A DNA stretch of 59,818 nucleotides, taken from Betaproteobacteria bacterium. Lineage in GTDB: Bacteria > Pseudomonadota > Gammaproteobacteria > Burkholderiales > Casimicrobiaceae. The position numbers were made by a program, and so were the translations under genes. Of the stretch, positions 1-8,691 are shown one piece after another (position 1 is the stretch's first letter; each line of letters starts with the position of its first letter). The notes beneath the pieces are model-generated. The model was not told the origin of the DNA. It searched no databases and worked only from the letters and a program-made list of their open reading frames with translations. The DNA is taken from assembly GCA_039933715.1 (NCBI GenBank), contig JBDTNO010000001.1, positions 1 to 59,818 of the forward strand, in the 5' to 3' direction.

Positions 1-797
1 ACTACGACCTCGGCAACGATTTCTACGCGGCGTGGCTCGACCGGACGATGACCTATTCGTCGGCGCTGTTCGGCGGGGACTTCGCGCCCTCGCTCGAGGA
101 CGCGCAGCAGGCGAAGTTCGATCGCGTGCTCGGCGAGCTCGCGCTCGTCGCCGGCTCGCGCATCCTCGAGATCGGCGCAGGATGGGGCGGCTTCGCGGAG
201 ACCGCCGCGCGCGCGGGTCACCGGGTCACCGGCATCTCGTTGTCCGAACGCCAGACCGCATGGGCGCGCGAGCGGATGCAGCGAGCGGGCCTGTCCGGTC
301 GCGTCGACCTCCGGTTGCAGGATTACCGCGATGTCGACGGCCGGTACGAAGGCGTCGCCTCGATCGAGATGATCGAGGCGGTGGGAGAGCGGTGGTGGCC
401 CGCGTACTTCCGCGCGGTCCATGACGCCCTTGTGCCGGGTGGCCGTGCGTGCGTCCAGGCGATCACGATCGCCGACGAGCGCTTCGAGCGCTACCGGACG
501 CAATCGGATTTCATCCAGCAGTACATCTTTCCCGGCGGCATGCTCGCGTCGCCGTCGCGCCTCGTCGCGGAGGCCGGGCGCGCACGACTGCGACTCGTCC
601 GCGAGCACGCGTTCGGCGCCGACTATGCCGAGACGCTGCGCCGCTGGCTCGTCGCGTTCGACACGCACACCGACGAGGTCGCGGCGCGCTTTGGGGTCGC
701 GTTCGCGCGCTGCTGGCGCTTCTACCTCGCGTATTGCGTGGCCGGGTTCGCGACCGGCAGCACCGACGTCGTCCAGTACACGTTCGAGCGTGGCTGA
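1..797 (+). CDS. cfa: Cyclopropane-fatty-acyl-phospholipid synthase family SAM methyltransferase (5' truncated by window edge)
   Basis: Frame from position 3 reads YDLGNDFY..WLD.TMTYSSA; SAM motif LEIGAGWGG; SIEMIEAVG; YIFPGG; WRFYLAYC. Confidence 0.92.
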   Translation, partial: YDLGNDFYAAWLDRTMTYSSALFGGDFAPSLEDAQQAKFDRVLGELALVAGSRILEIGAGWGGFAETAARAGHRVTGISLSERQTAWARERMQRAGLSGRVDLRLQDYRDVDGRYEGVASIEMIEAVGERWWPAYFRAVHDALVPGGRACVQAITIADERFERYRTQSDFIQQYIFPGGMLASPSRLVAEAGRARLRLVREHAFGADYAETLRRWLVAFDTHTDEVAARFGVAFARCWRFYLAYCVAGFATGSTDVVQYTFERG

Positions 798-1380
798 AGG
801 CGCTGCCACCGGGGATCGGGTTCGCAACCTGATCCCGGCTTTTGCGGCGTTGCTGTTCGTCGCAATCTGCGCCGGAATGCCGCGCTTGGCGCTGGGCGCG
901 GCGCCGCCGCTCCCCGCGGCGGTGATCGATCTCGCGCCGGGGATGCGGACGCAGGGCGGCGGCGAGATGCGATTCCTCGGATTCACCGTCTACGACGCGT
1001 GGTACTGGGCGCCGTCGCGCGCCTACTCGCTCGCGCAACCGTTCGTCCTGGACCTCCATTACCACCGTTCCCTCGATGGGGCGCGGATCGCCGAGCGCAG
1101 CGCCGACGAGATCGCGAAGCTGGGCGAAGGCACGGTCGAGCAGCGCAGCCGATGGGATTCGGCGATGCGCGCGATCTTTCCGTCGGTTCGCAGGGGCGAC
1201 CGCCTGACGGGCGTCAACCTTCCCGCGCAGGGCGTGCGCTTCTTCCACAACGGCAACGCGATCGGCGAAATCGCCGACCCGTCGTTCGCGCGGGCGTTCT
1301 TCGGCATCTGGCTCGATCCGCGAACCTCGCATCCGCACTTCCGCGAGCGGTTGCTCGGCCGCCCGGATGCGGGCTCCTGA
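790..1380 (+). CDS. Chalcone isomerase-like exported protein
   Basis: GTG at 790 overlaps the cfa stop; hydrophobic signal segment; RFLGFTVYDA, GDRLTG, FARAFFGIWL; usual neighbour of cfa. Start uncertain (alternative ATG 877). Confidence 0.8.
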   Translation: MAEGAATGDRVRNLIPAFAALLFVAICAGMPRLALGAAPPLPAAVIDLAPGMRTQGGGEMRFLGFTVYDAWYWAPSRAYSLAQPFVLDLHYHRSLDGARIAERSADEIAKLGEGTVEQRSRWDSAMRAIFPSVRRGDRLTGVNLPAQGVRFFHNGNAIGEIADPSFARAFFGIWLDPRTSHPHFRERLLGRPDAGS

Positions 1381-1392
1381 CGCCGACGCGAC

Positions 1393-2181
1393 ATGCTGGC
1401 GCCGCTCAACCCTCCGCTTCGGGCGTGGCCGAACGTTCGCGCCTGGATCGTCGGCGCGTCGACCGGCATCGGCGCGGAGACCGCGAAGCTCCTGCTCGCG
1501 CGCGGTGCGCGCGTCGCGCTGTCGGCGCGCTCGGCGGACAAGCTGGCCGACGTCGCGGGAGCGGCGATCGCGGCAGGTCGCGCTCTCGTCGAGCCGCTCG
1601 ACTTCACCGACGCGCGCGCCGTCGAGGCCGTGTGGAAGCGAGTCGCCGGTGCGTGGGGCGGAATCGACCTCGTCCTGATCGTCGCGGGAACGCACGACGA
1701 GCTCCGCGCGTGGGAACTGACCGACGCGAAGTCCCGCGCGCTGTTCGAGACCAATCTGCTTGCCGTCGTAGGAACGGTGGCGGCCGTCGTTCCGGCGCTG
1801 CTCGCCCGGAAGGGCGGCGCGATCGGCATCGTGTCGTCGCTCGCCGGTTACCGCGGATTGCCGAAGGCGCTGATCTACGGCGCGTCGAAAGCCGCGCTCA
1901 TCAACTTCGCCGAGGCGCTCTACCTCGACCTGCATCCGCGCGGAATCGGCGTCACGCTGATCAATCCGGGTTTCGTGCGCACGCCACTCACCGCGCGCAA
2001 CACGTTCCGCATGCCGCACCTGATCGACGCCGACGAAGCCGCGCGCGAGATCGTGGCGGGCCTCGAGCGCGGCGACTTCGAGATCCATTTCCCGAAGGCG
2101 TTCTCGCGCTGGTTCAAGCTGCTGCGGCTGCTGCCCTACCGCTGGTATTTCGCCGCGATCCGCCGTTCGACCGGGCTCTGA
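1393..2181 (+). CDS. Short-chain dehydrogenase/reductase
   Basis: GASTGIG Rossmann motif, catalytic YGASK, NPGFVRTPLT. Confidence 0.92.
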   Translation: MLAPLNPPLRAWPNVRAWIVGASTGIGAETAKLLLARGARVALSARSADKLADVAGAAIAAGRALVEPLDFTDARAVEAVWKRVAGAWGGIDLVLIVAGTHDELRAWELTDAKSRALFETNLLAVVGTVAAVVPALLARKGGAIGIVSSLAGYRGLPKALIYGASKAALINFAEALYLDLHPRGIGVTLINPGFVRTPLTARNTFRMPHLIDADEAAREIVAGLERGDFEIHFPKAFSRWFKLLRLLPYRWYFAAIRRSTGL

Positions 2182-2192
2182 CTCCACCACCG

Positions 2193-2636
2193 ATGACCGA
2201 CACCGCCCCCAACCGTGCGGCCACGCTCCATGCGAAGGCGTTCTTCGAAACCATCGCGCCCGCCGACGTCGGTCGCATCGACACGATCTACGCAGGCGGC
2301 GCGACGTTCCGCGATCCGTTCAACGAGGTGCGCGGCGTCGCGGCGATCGAAGCGGTCTACCGTAAGATGTTCGAGCACCTCGACGACGTGCGCTTCACGT
2401 TCGTCGAGACAGTCGTCGATGCGGGCGGCGCGATGCTCATCTGGGACATGAGCTTCCGCGTGCGCAAATGGAGGCCTGCGAAGACCCAGCGCATCCACGG
2501 TGCGTCGCACCTCAAGTTCGCGGTCGATGGGCGCATCGCCTATCACCGCGACTACTGGGACACGGCGAACGAGCTCTACGCGAAGCTCCCGCTGGTCGGG
2601 CCGTTGATGCGCTGGCTGAAGCGGCGCCTCGGCTGA
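2193..2636 (+). CDS. NTF2/SnoaL-like protein
   Basis: FRDPFNEVRG, HRDYWD, LYAKLPLVG motifs; ATG 2193 is the likely start within the longer 999..2636 frame. Confidence 0.88.
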   Translation: MTDTAPNRAATLHAKAFFETIAPADVGRIDTIYAGGATFRDPFNEVRGVAAIEAVYRKMFEHLDDVRFTFVETVVDAGGAMLIWDMSFRVRKWRPAKTQRIHGASHLKFAVDGRIAYHRDYWDTANELYAKLPLVGPLMRWLKRRLG

Positions 2637-2669
2637 GCGCCGAAGGCGCGCGAGGAGGGCCCGTGGCTT

Positions 2670-2687
2670 GTCGGGCTTCAGCCCGAC
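2670..2687. repeat. REP-like palindrome GTCGGGCTTCAGCCCGAC
   Basis: Intergenic hairpin; related copies at 14982, 16679 (degenerate) and 34955. Confidence 0.7.
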
Positions 2688-2900
2688 GCAATTCGTCCGC
2701 GCGAATCGTGCCGATCGAAGTCATGGAGCGAAGCCGATCCGCACGCCTGCGGGCTGCGCGAGCGCTCGACCCCGTCGTCCCCAGGCTCGTGCGCGCACGC
2801 ATCGCGATCCGTACCTTCGTGCGCGCGTGCGCGGTCGCGGCCGGCGAAAGCATCTTCGCCGTGGCCAGCCTCGTTACCGTGGTCGCGCAAGTGCGGCAGG

Positions 2901-2933
2901 AAAAAAAACGCGGGCCCCGACCAGCGGGGCCCG
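2901..2933 (-). terminator. Rho-independent terminator for the small 2953..3141 gene
   Basis: 9-bp stem CGGGCCCCG/CGGGGCCCG with 5-nt loop, followed by T8 on the minus strand. Confidence 0.85.
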
Positions 2934-2952
2934 TCGCGGAGGAAACGTGAAA

Positions 2953-3141
2953 TCAGTTGACGCGCGTCGCGGGCTGCATCGACACGAGCACGACCTCGAC
3001 GGTCGGCTTCAGCTTCGCGTTCGTCACGGGCTGGTCGGCATTGGCGGGCGCGACCGTCGCGCCGAGCAGCGTGATCGCGGTCAGGGCGATCGCGGCGGCG
3101 GCGATGGTCGTGCGTTCGAGCTTCGTGGTCAGGCGTTGCAT
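2953..3141 (-). CDS. Small (62 aa) putative secreted protein
   Basis: GGAGAG RBS upstream of ATG, signal peptide ending A-N-A, GC-biased codons, own terminator. Confidence 0.7.
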   Translation of the reverse strand: MQRLTTKLERTTIAAAAIALTAITLLGATVAPANADQPVTNAKLKPTVEVVLVSMQPATRVN

Positions 3142-3504
3142 GGTTCGTCTCTCCCGTTTCCTGTCGGTTCGCGTTGCGTCGCGATGCCTCTTGGATGCGG
3201 AGTGTCCGCGATTCGGATTCAGGCGCCAGACCGGCGCGACGAATCGGGCGGTGCGGCGGACGAAACGCGCGGAACGGGGACGGACGGGACCCGCGAGAGG
3301 GTTCGACGCCCGAAATCAGCGGGTTGACACGACACGCGGGTCCGGAGCGCCGGTTGGAACCCGGTTGCCAGCCTGGGGCGCCGAAGGGGGTTGCCGAAGC
3401 GGAGACGGGAACCCGGGGGGCAACCTGGTTAGCGAGGGCGCCCCCCGAGGCCGCGACGGGAGGGGATCCATCTCCGCAGCGTCCGCGGAATCGCCGATCG
3501 CCGT

Positions 3505-3533
3505 TTGACGCTCTGCCGAAACCCGGCGATAAT
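3505..3533 (+). promoter_or_regulatory. Sigma70 promoter of tRNA-Met
   Basis: TTGACG-N17-GATAAT, 10 nt upstream of the tRNA. Confidence 0.8.
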
Positions 3534-3543
3534 TCAAGGCTTT

Positions 3544-3620
3544 GGCGAGCTAGCTCAGCTGGTTAGAGCAGAGGAATCATAATCCTTTGGTCCGGGGTTC
3601 GAGTCCCTGGCTCGCCACCA
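3544..3620 (+). tRNA. tRNA-Met (CAT), probably elongator
   Basis: Acceptor stem GGCGAGC/GCTCGCC, D arm GCTC/GAGC, anticodon loop ATCATAA, TTCGAGT T loop, encoded CCA; paired G1-C72 excludes initiator tRNA. Confidence 0.93.
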
Positions 3621-3629
3621 TTCCCACCA

Positions 3630-3661
3630 CGAAGGCCCGCCATGTGCGGGCCTTCGGCTTT
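3630..3661 (+). terminator. Terminator after tRNA-Met
   Basis: 11-bp stem CGAAGGCCCGC/GCGGGCCTTCG followed by GCTTTT. Confidence 0.7.
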
Positions 3662-3930
3662 GGGGACCCCCGCACGCGTCTGGTACCCCCCGACCGGCGG
3701 AATCCGCATCGCGCCGCCCGACTTTTCCAGCGCTACGCTGTTGCGTACAACCTGACCGGGCGTCAGACTTCGCACACCTTGCCGTGCCAGGCCCGGGCCA
3801 GCATCGATGCCGGGCTTGGACGCCGTGCCGCCCCGCGGCCGGCGGCCCCCGGCAGGCGATCGCGAACACGTCAGCGACATCGATGCGCCGAACGGACGCG
3901 ACGGACACCGACGCGTCGGGAGAACCGAAC

Positions 3931-4458
3931 ATGAAACGGAAAGCGATCACGTTGGTCCTGGCGGTCGGCGCGGTCCTCTTCGGCTGCGGTCCCATGCCCG
4001 TGCGCGCCCCGCTCGACGCGGCATGGACGCGCTGCAACACGGGAGGCTCCGGACCGCGTTGCGACATCCGGATCGTCGCCGACAACAGTGGCCCGTACAG
4101 CTGCGGACTCGGACGCTTCCGCGTCGAGCCCGACTTTCTCGAGCTGGTCGGCAATCGCCCGGTGAACATCCAGTGGGAGCTCTCCGACCCGTTCGCGTTC
4201 TGTGATCGCGACGGCGTCGACCTCAAGGCAGGGTTCGAATCCGGGAGGAGCGACGTCTTCGAGAACTACAACTCGGAGGGGAAAGACGGCGCGACCTCGG
4301 GCTTCGCGACGGCCGGGACCTGCAAGTCCTTCCGCAACTGGCGTTGGGGCAACTCGAGCGCCGACACGACGTACGCCTACGAGATTCGCTTCAGCGACAA
4401 GCGCACGGGACAGCGCTGCAGGATCGATCCGTTCATCAAGAACGGACGGGCGTCCTGA
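3931..4458 (+). CDS. Cys-rich lipoprotein of unknown function, DPFIKNG paralogue 1
   Basis: GGAGA RBS, MKRK plus hydrophobic stretch plus LFGC lipobox; homologous to the two following genes. Confidence 0.82.
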   Translation: MKRKAITLVLAVGAVLFGCGPMPVRAPLDAAWTRCNTGGSGPRCDIRIVADNSGPYSCGLGRFRVEPDFLELVGNRPVNIQWELSDPFAFCDRDGVDLKAGFESGRSDVFENYNSEGKDGATSGFATAGTCKSFRNWRWGNSSADTTYAYEIRFSDKRTGQRCRIDPFIKNGRAS

Positions 4459-4497
4459 GCTGAAGGCCGCGCGTGCGATTACAACAGGGGGGTCAAC

Positions 4498-5094
4498 ATG
4501 CTGCGCGCATTTGCAGGAATGTCGCTGGTGTTGTTGCTGCTTGCCGGATGCACACCCAAGGACGCGGCGACGGGGGGCGCGTCGGGAGTTTCCACGTTCG
4601 CGGTCGTTGCCGTACCCGTCGATCCCACCAAGAAATTCGACAGGGTCGTCTGCAACGCGGATGCGGTGGGCAAGACGCGTTGCCTGGTGAGCATCCTTCC
4701 CACCATCGACGGCGCGGGAAACTGCACCGTGGAGGCCCCCCATATCGAGTTCGACAAGCCGGACCGACGGTTCGTAGTCGCCTGGCGTCCGACCGCGGCC
4801 GACGCGGTCACCGAGGATCCCAAATTCCGGTTCTGCCCGTTGCTCGGGGACGGCGTGTGGTTCAAGGATCCCGTCGCGTCGAATGACGAACAGTTCGACG
4901 AGAATTGGGCCTCGGACAGCGCCGGCGACCTGCTTGGCGATAACGCCAGCTTCGCCAACAAGGATTGCTACAAGCGCGCTCGCGTGTGGGCGGGCAACAA
5001 GAAAACCGGCGCTTCTTACGCGTACAAGATGCAGTTTCACTACAAGCCGACGGGCGCCGTCTGCAAGGTCGATCCGTTCATCAAGAACGGCTAG
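4498..5094 (+). CDS. Cys-rich lipoprotein of unknown function, DPFIKNG paralogue 2
   Basis: AGGGGG RBS, LAGC lipobox, shared FC..DGV and YxYxxxF..C..DPFIKNG motifs. Confidence 0.85.
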   Translation: MLRAFAGMSLVLLLLAGCTPKDAATGGASGVSTFAVVAVPVDPTKKFDRVVCNADAVGKTRCLVSILPTIDGAGNCTVEAPHIEFDKPDRRFVVAWRPTAADAVTEDPKFRFCPLLGDGVWFKDPVASNDEQFDENWASDSAGDLLGDNASFANKDCYKRARVWAGNKKTGASYAYKMQFHYKPTGAVCKVDPFIKNG

Positions 5095-5272
5095 CGCCGA
5101 CCACGCCAGGCGGAGTCGGATCGGTTCCGTGTCATGGACGCGCTACCCGACTCCGGTCGATTGCTACCGGGCGAAGTGAGAACCTGGGCAAGCATGTGCC
5201 CGACCGGCTCGACCATGTGAATCGCGTACACGAGCAATAACTACGCGTCGTTCGTCACCAAGGGGAAACTAA

Positions 5273-5809
5273 GTGAACAAATTGGCCGTGGTCGGACTCG
5301 GCGCCATGCTGGCGCTCATGTCGGGCGTTGCGAGCGCACAAGGGAAGGTCAAGCTTGCTCATGTCGATTGTCTTGGCCCGGATTTAGACGGATCGGCGAA
5401 TCGGTGTCCCGTGAAAGTACTGGTCGTCCTCGACCCGATCGTGCCCACACCTGCGATGAAGCCCAAGTTCACATGCAGGGTGAATGCACCCGACGTCCAC
5501 CTGAACAAACCCAAGAAGGGCAGAGTGGTCATCGTCTGGGATCTGCCGAAAGACTATGAGTTTTGTCCCGTCCTCGGCGACGGGGTCTTCCTTGTCGACC
5601 CCGACCACGTCGTCGATGAGGAGTTCGACGACTTCGGGGTCCCCGACGACGGCGTGGGAAATGCGTCCTTCAAGAAATGCAGGAACAAGTTCCGGATGCT
5701 CGCCGAGAACAAAGGGCACACCGACAAGCTATACGACTATCGACTTCAGTTTCGCAACTTGTCCGAGAAGCTCGTTTGCACGTTCGACCCGTTCATCAAG
5801 AACGGCTGA
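5273..5809 (+). CDS. Cys-rich secreted protein of unknown function, DPFIKNG paralogue 3
   Basis: AAGGGGA RBS, GTG start, Sec signal ending ASA-Q, same motifs as paralogues 1 and 2. Confidence 0.85.
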   Translation: MNKLAVVGLGAMLALMSGVASAQGKVKLAHVDCLGPDLDGSANRCPVKVLVVLDPIVPTPAMKPKFTCRVNAPDVHLNKPKKGRVVIVWDLPKDYEFCPVLGDGVFLVDPDHVVDEEFDDFGVPDDGVGNASFKKCRNKFRMLAENKGHTDKLYDYRLQFRNLSEKLVCTFDPFIKNG

Positions 5810-5818
5810 TCGCGACGA

Positions 5819-8452
5819 TCACGAGGTGCGCATGAGCCAGTCGCGCGCCTCGTCGATCCCCTGCTCGTAGGAAAGCGCGCGCCCGACGCGCTCCGCGCGC
5901 TCGAACGCGGCATCGCCGAGCACTTCGCGCGCGCGCCCGACCAGCGGCAGCAGGAATGCCTCGTCGGCGGGGTCGCGCTGCAATCCGGTCTCGACCACCT
6001 GCGTCTGCGCGGCGCCGAAGAAGTGCGCGGCGCGCTCCCACTCCTCGCACCATGCGCAATGGCCCGCGGTCACGTCCAGCGCGCTCTGGCCGACCGGCTT
6101 CGATCCGGTCTCGACCGCGATCAACACGATTTCGGTCAGCATGTCCCGCGCGCGCGCGCCGGACCCGCGTCCGATCGACACCATGGCGAGATTCAGAAGG
6201 CTGATCGCGACGCTTTCGCGGTCGCCGATCTCGCGGGCCAGCGCGACGGCCTGGTCGAAGAGCGGTTCGGCCGGCTCGAGCTGGCCCTCGACGCGGTGCA
6301 ACTGCGCGAGGGCGTTCAGTGCGGCGGCGAGTTCGCGCTTGTCGCCCATCGAGCGCGCGTGTTCGACCGCTTCCTTCAGATACCCGCGCGCGTCCGACAG
6401 GTTGCCGCGTCCCAGCGCCGCCATGCCCAGCGGTTGAAGAACGCGGGCGACCTGCACGTGGTCGCCCAGCTCGCGCGCGATGGCGAGGCTCTCGTCGAGC
6501 ATTCCCTGCGCCTCCTGGTAGTGCCCGGTGAAGCAACTCTGCTGGCCGGCGTCGAACAGCGCGCGGCATCGCGCCTTGGTGCGTCCTTGCGCGTCGCGTC
6601 GCGACAAGGCTTCCCCGCTGAGGCGCAGCCCGAGCGCCGGCAGGCCGCGCATGAACCAGTAGGTGCCCATCGCGTACGCGAGGCGCAATCCCAGTTCGCC
6701 ACCGGACCCCTTGCCGGCCCACGCGTGCGCCGCGAGCACGTTCTCCCGCTCGAGGTCGAGACGTGCGAGCACGCTCGGTTGGCTCGGGCCGGAAAGCCGC
6801 GACCGCGTTTCCTCGGTGAAAGCGACGAAGTACGCAAGGTGCCGCGAGCGCCCGGCGTCGCCCTCGCCCGATTCGTCGAGTTTCGCGGTCGCGTACTCGC
6901 GCACGGATTCGAGCAGCCGGTATCGGGTCCCTTCCGCGTCCATCGCGACGAGCGACCGGTCGACGAGATGCGACAGGAGGTCGAGCACGTCCGCTTCGGC
7001 CATCGACCCGCCCGCGCCGACCGCCTCGGCCGCCTCGAGCGTCCATCCGCCCGCGAAGACCGACAAACGCCGCAGCAGCACGCGCTCGGGTTCGGACAGC
7101 AGGTCGTAGCTCCAGTCGATCAACGCACGCAATGTCTGCTGGCGCGGCAGTGCGGACTGGTCGCCTCCCGCGAGCAGCCTGAAGCGGTCGGACAGGCGCT
7201 TCGCGATCGTCTCGACCGACAAGGTGCGGATGCGCGCCGCCGCGAGCTCGATCGCGAGCGGGATGCCATCCAGCCGCCGGCAGATGTCGATGATCGCCGC
7301 CGCGTTCGCCGCCGTCGCGCTAAAAGAATGGTTCGCCGCCGTCGCGCGATCGACGAACAGCCGGGGCGCTTCGTACTGCTGGAGCATTTCCGGCGCCACC
7401 CGCACGCGGGCATCGGGCACCGCGAGCGCGGGCACTGGATACGACGCCTCGCCTGCGACGCGCAGCGGCTCGCGGCTCGCCGCGAGGATTTTCAGCTTCG
7501 CGCCCGCGCGCAGCAATTGGCTCGCGAGGTCGGCGCACGCGTGCAAGAGGTGTTCGCAGTTGTCGAGCACGAGCAGCAACCGCTTGTCCTTGACATAGCG
7601 CACGAGCGCGTCGGTCACCGTGCTGCCGGCTTCCTCCTTCACGCCGAGCACCGTGGCCACCGTTTGCGGTACCACGCGCGCGTCGGACAGCGGCGCGAGA
7701 TCGACGAACCACACACCGTCCGGATGGTCGTCCATCACGTCCGCGGCCGCATGCAAACCGAGACGCGTCTTGCCGATGCCCCCGGCGCCGAGCAACGTCA
7801 GCAGGCGCGTGGTGCCCAGCAGGCGCCTTACTTCCACCAGCTCGCGTTCGCGGCCGACCAGCGAGGTGACCTGCTGCGGCAGGTTGTTCGGCGTCGATTC
7901 GAGCGATCGCAGCGCCGGGAAATCCTGGCGCAGCGCCGGATGGATGACCTGGTACAGGTGCTCGGGACTCGTGAGGTCTCGCAGCCGCGCGAGGCCCAGG
8001 TCGCGAAGCGACACGCCGGAAGGCATCCGGTCTTCCGCGAGCGCGACGACCGATTGCGACAGCAGCACCTGGCCGCCGTGCGCAGCGCCCATGATCCGCG
8101 CGGCGCGATTGACCGGGCTGCCGAAGAAGTCGCCATCGCGCCGCTCCACCGTGCCGCAGTTGATGCCGCTGCGGATGCGCAGCGCGAGGCCGCCATCGGG
8201 CGGCGCTTCGGCCATCGCGAGTTGCAACTCGACGATCGCGGCGATCGCGTCGTGCGGATCGTCGAACGCGGCGTGCACGCCGTCGCCGAGCATCTTGACG
8301 ACCGTGCCGTTGTGTCGCGCCACCGCGCCGCGGATCAGCGCGTCATGGCGCGCGAGCGCGGGGCGCATCCGGTCGGGGTCGGTTTCCCAGAGCCGGCTGC
8401 TGCCCTCGATGTCCGTGAACAGGAAGGTGACGAGGCCGGCGGGGGCGGTCAT
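5819..8452 (-). CDS. Class III adenylate/guanylate cyclase - STAND (NB-ARC-like) ATPase - TPR protein
   Basis: TFLFTDIEGS, KMLGDG, DFFGSPVNRAAR cyclase motifs; Walker A GAGGIGKT, Walker B LLLVLDNCE, GIPLAIELAA; TPR-like C-terminal helices. Confidence 0.9.
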   Translation of the reverse strand: MTAPAGLVTFLFTDIEGSSRLWETDPDRMRPALARHDALIRGAVARHNGTVVKMLGDGVHAAFDDPHDAIAAIVELQLAMAEAPPDGGLALRIRSGINCGTVERRDGDFFGSPVNRAARIMGAAHGGQVLLSQSVVALAEDRMPSGVSLRDLGLARLRDLTSPEHLYQVIHPALRQDFPALRSLESTPNNLPQQVTSLVGRERELVEVRRLLGTTRLLTLLGAGGIGKTRLGLHAAADVMDDHPDGVWFVDLAPLSDARVVPQTVATVLGVKEEAGSTVTDALVRYVKDKRLLLVLDNCEHLLHACADLASQLLRAGAKLKILAASREPLRVAGEASYPVPALAVPDARVRVAPEMLQQYEAPRLFVDRATAANHSFSATAANAAAIIDICRRLDGIPLAIELAAARIRTLSVETIAKRLSDRFRLLAGGDQSALPRQQTLRALIDWSYDLLSEPERVLLRRLSVFAGGWTLEAAEAVGAGGSMAEADVLDLLSHLVDRSLVAMDAEGTRYRLLESVREYATAKLDESGEGDAGRSRHLAYFVAFTEETRSRLSGPSQPSVLARLDLERENVLAAHAWAGKGSGGELGLRLAYAMGTYWFMRGLPALGLRLSGEALSRRDAQGRTKARCRALFDAGQQSCFTGHYQEAQGMLDESLAIARELGDHVQVARVLQPLGMAALGRGNLSDARGYLKEAVEHARSMGDKRELAAALNALAQLHRVEGQLEPAEPLFDQAVALAREIGDRESVAISLLNLAMVSIGRGSGARARDMLTEIVLIAVETGSKPVGQSALDVTAGHCAWCEEWERAAHFFGAAQTQVVETGLQRDPADEAFLLPLVGRAREVLGDAAFERAERVGRALSYEQGIDEARDWLMRTS

Positions 8453-8691
8453 GGCGGTCCGGATGGCGGGACGCGCAACCGTGAGCGGCGGCGTCGCGGC
8501 AACACGGGCCAGTATACGGAAGGGCGCGGGCGAACGACGGCGACGCCGAAACGTGGATGGGGCGCGAGGAGGGAGCGTCGCACGCACGCACGCACGCGGC
8601 GGGCGAGCGGCAGGATGCGCTAAGCCGCGCCAAGCAAAACGCCGCCGCGCTTCGCGCGCGACGGCGTCGTAGGTGAAACGGAACCGCCGGT

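Noticed and set aside
1-2636. cfa-chalcone isomerase-like-SDR-SnoaL cluster as a novel pathway
   Set aside because: A widespread, already noted lipid-modification neighbourhood; listed as features only
2678-2890. 70-aa minus-strand ORF after the terminator
   Set aside because: No RBS, lies downstream of a strong terminator, runs into a REP-like hairpin, no recognisable motif
3190-3222. ECF-sigma-like GAATCC...GCATCC promoter for the 62-aa gene
   Set aside because: Cannot match it confidently to a defined ECF consensus without a motif search
3350-3372. Sigma54-like TGGCAA-N5-TTCC on the minus strand and repeated GGTTG words upstream of the 62-aa gene
   Set aside because: Lacks the invariant GC at -12; repeats too short to separate from chance
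3544-3620. tRNA-Ile2 (lysidine) or initiator tRNA as identity of the CAT tRNA
   Set aside because: G1-C72 is paired and there is no GGG/CCC anticodon stem (not fMet); acceptor G2-C71/C3-G70 without C4/C5 favours elongator Met. tRNAscan-SE isotype scoring would settle it
4424-5805. 22-bp near-identical DNA (TCGAYCCGTTCATCAAGAACGG) at the three paralogue ends as a recombination or cassette site
   Set aside because: Explained by the conserved peptide written in this genome's preferred codons; no attC-like hairpin or integrase
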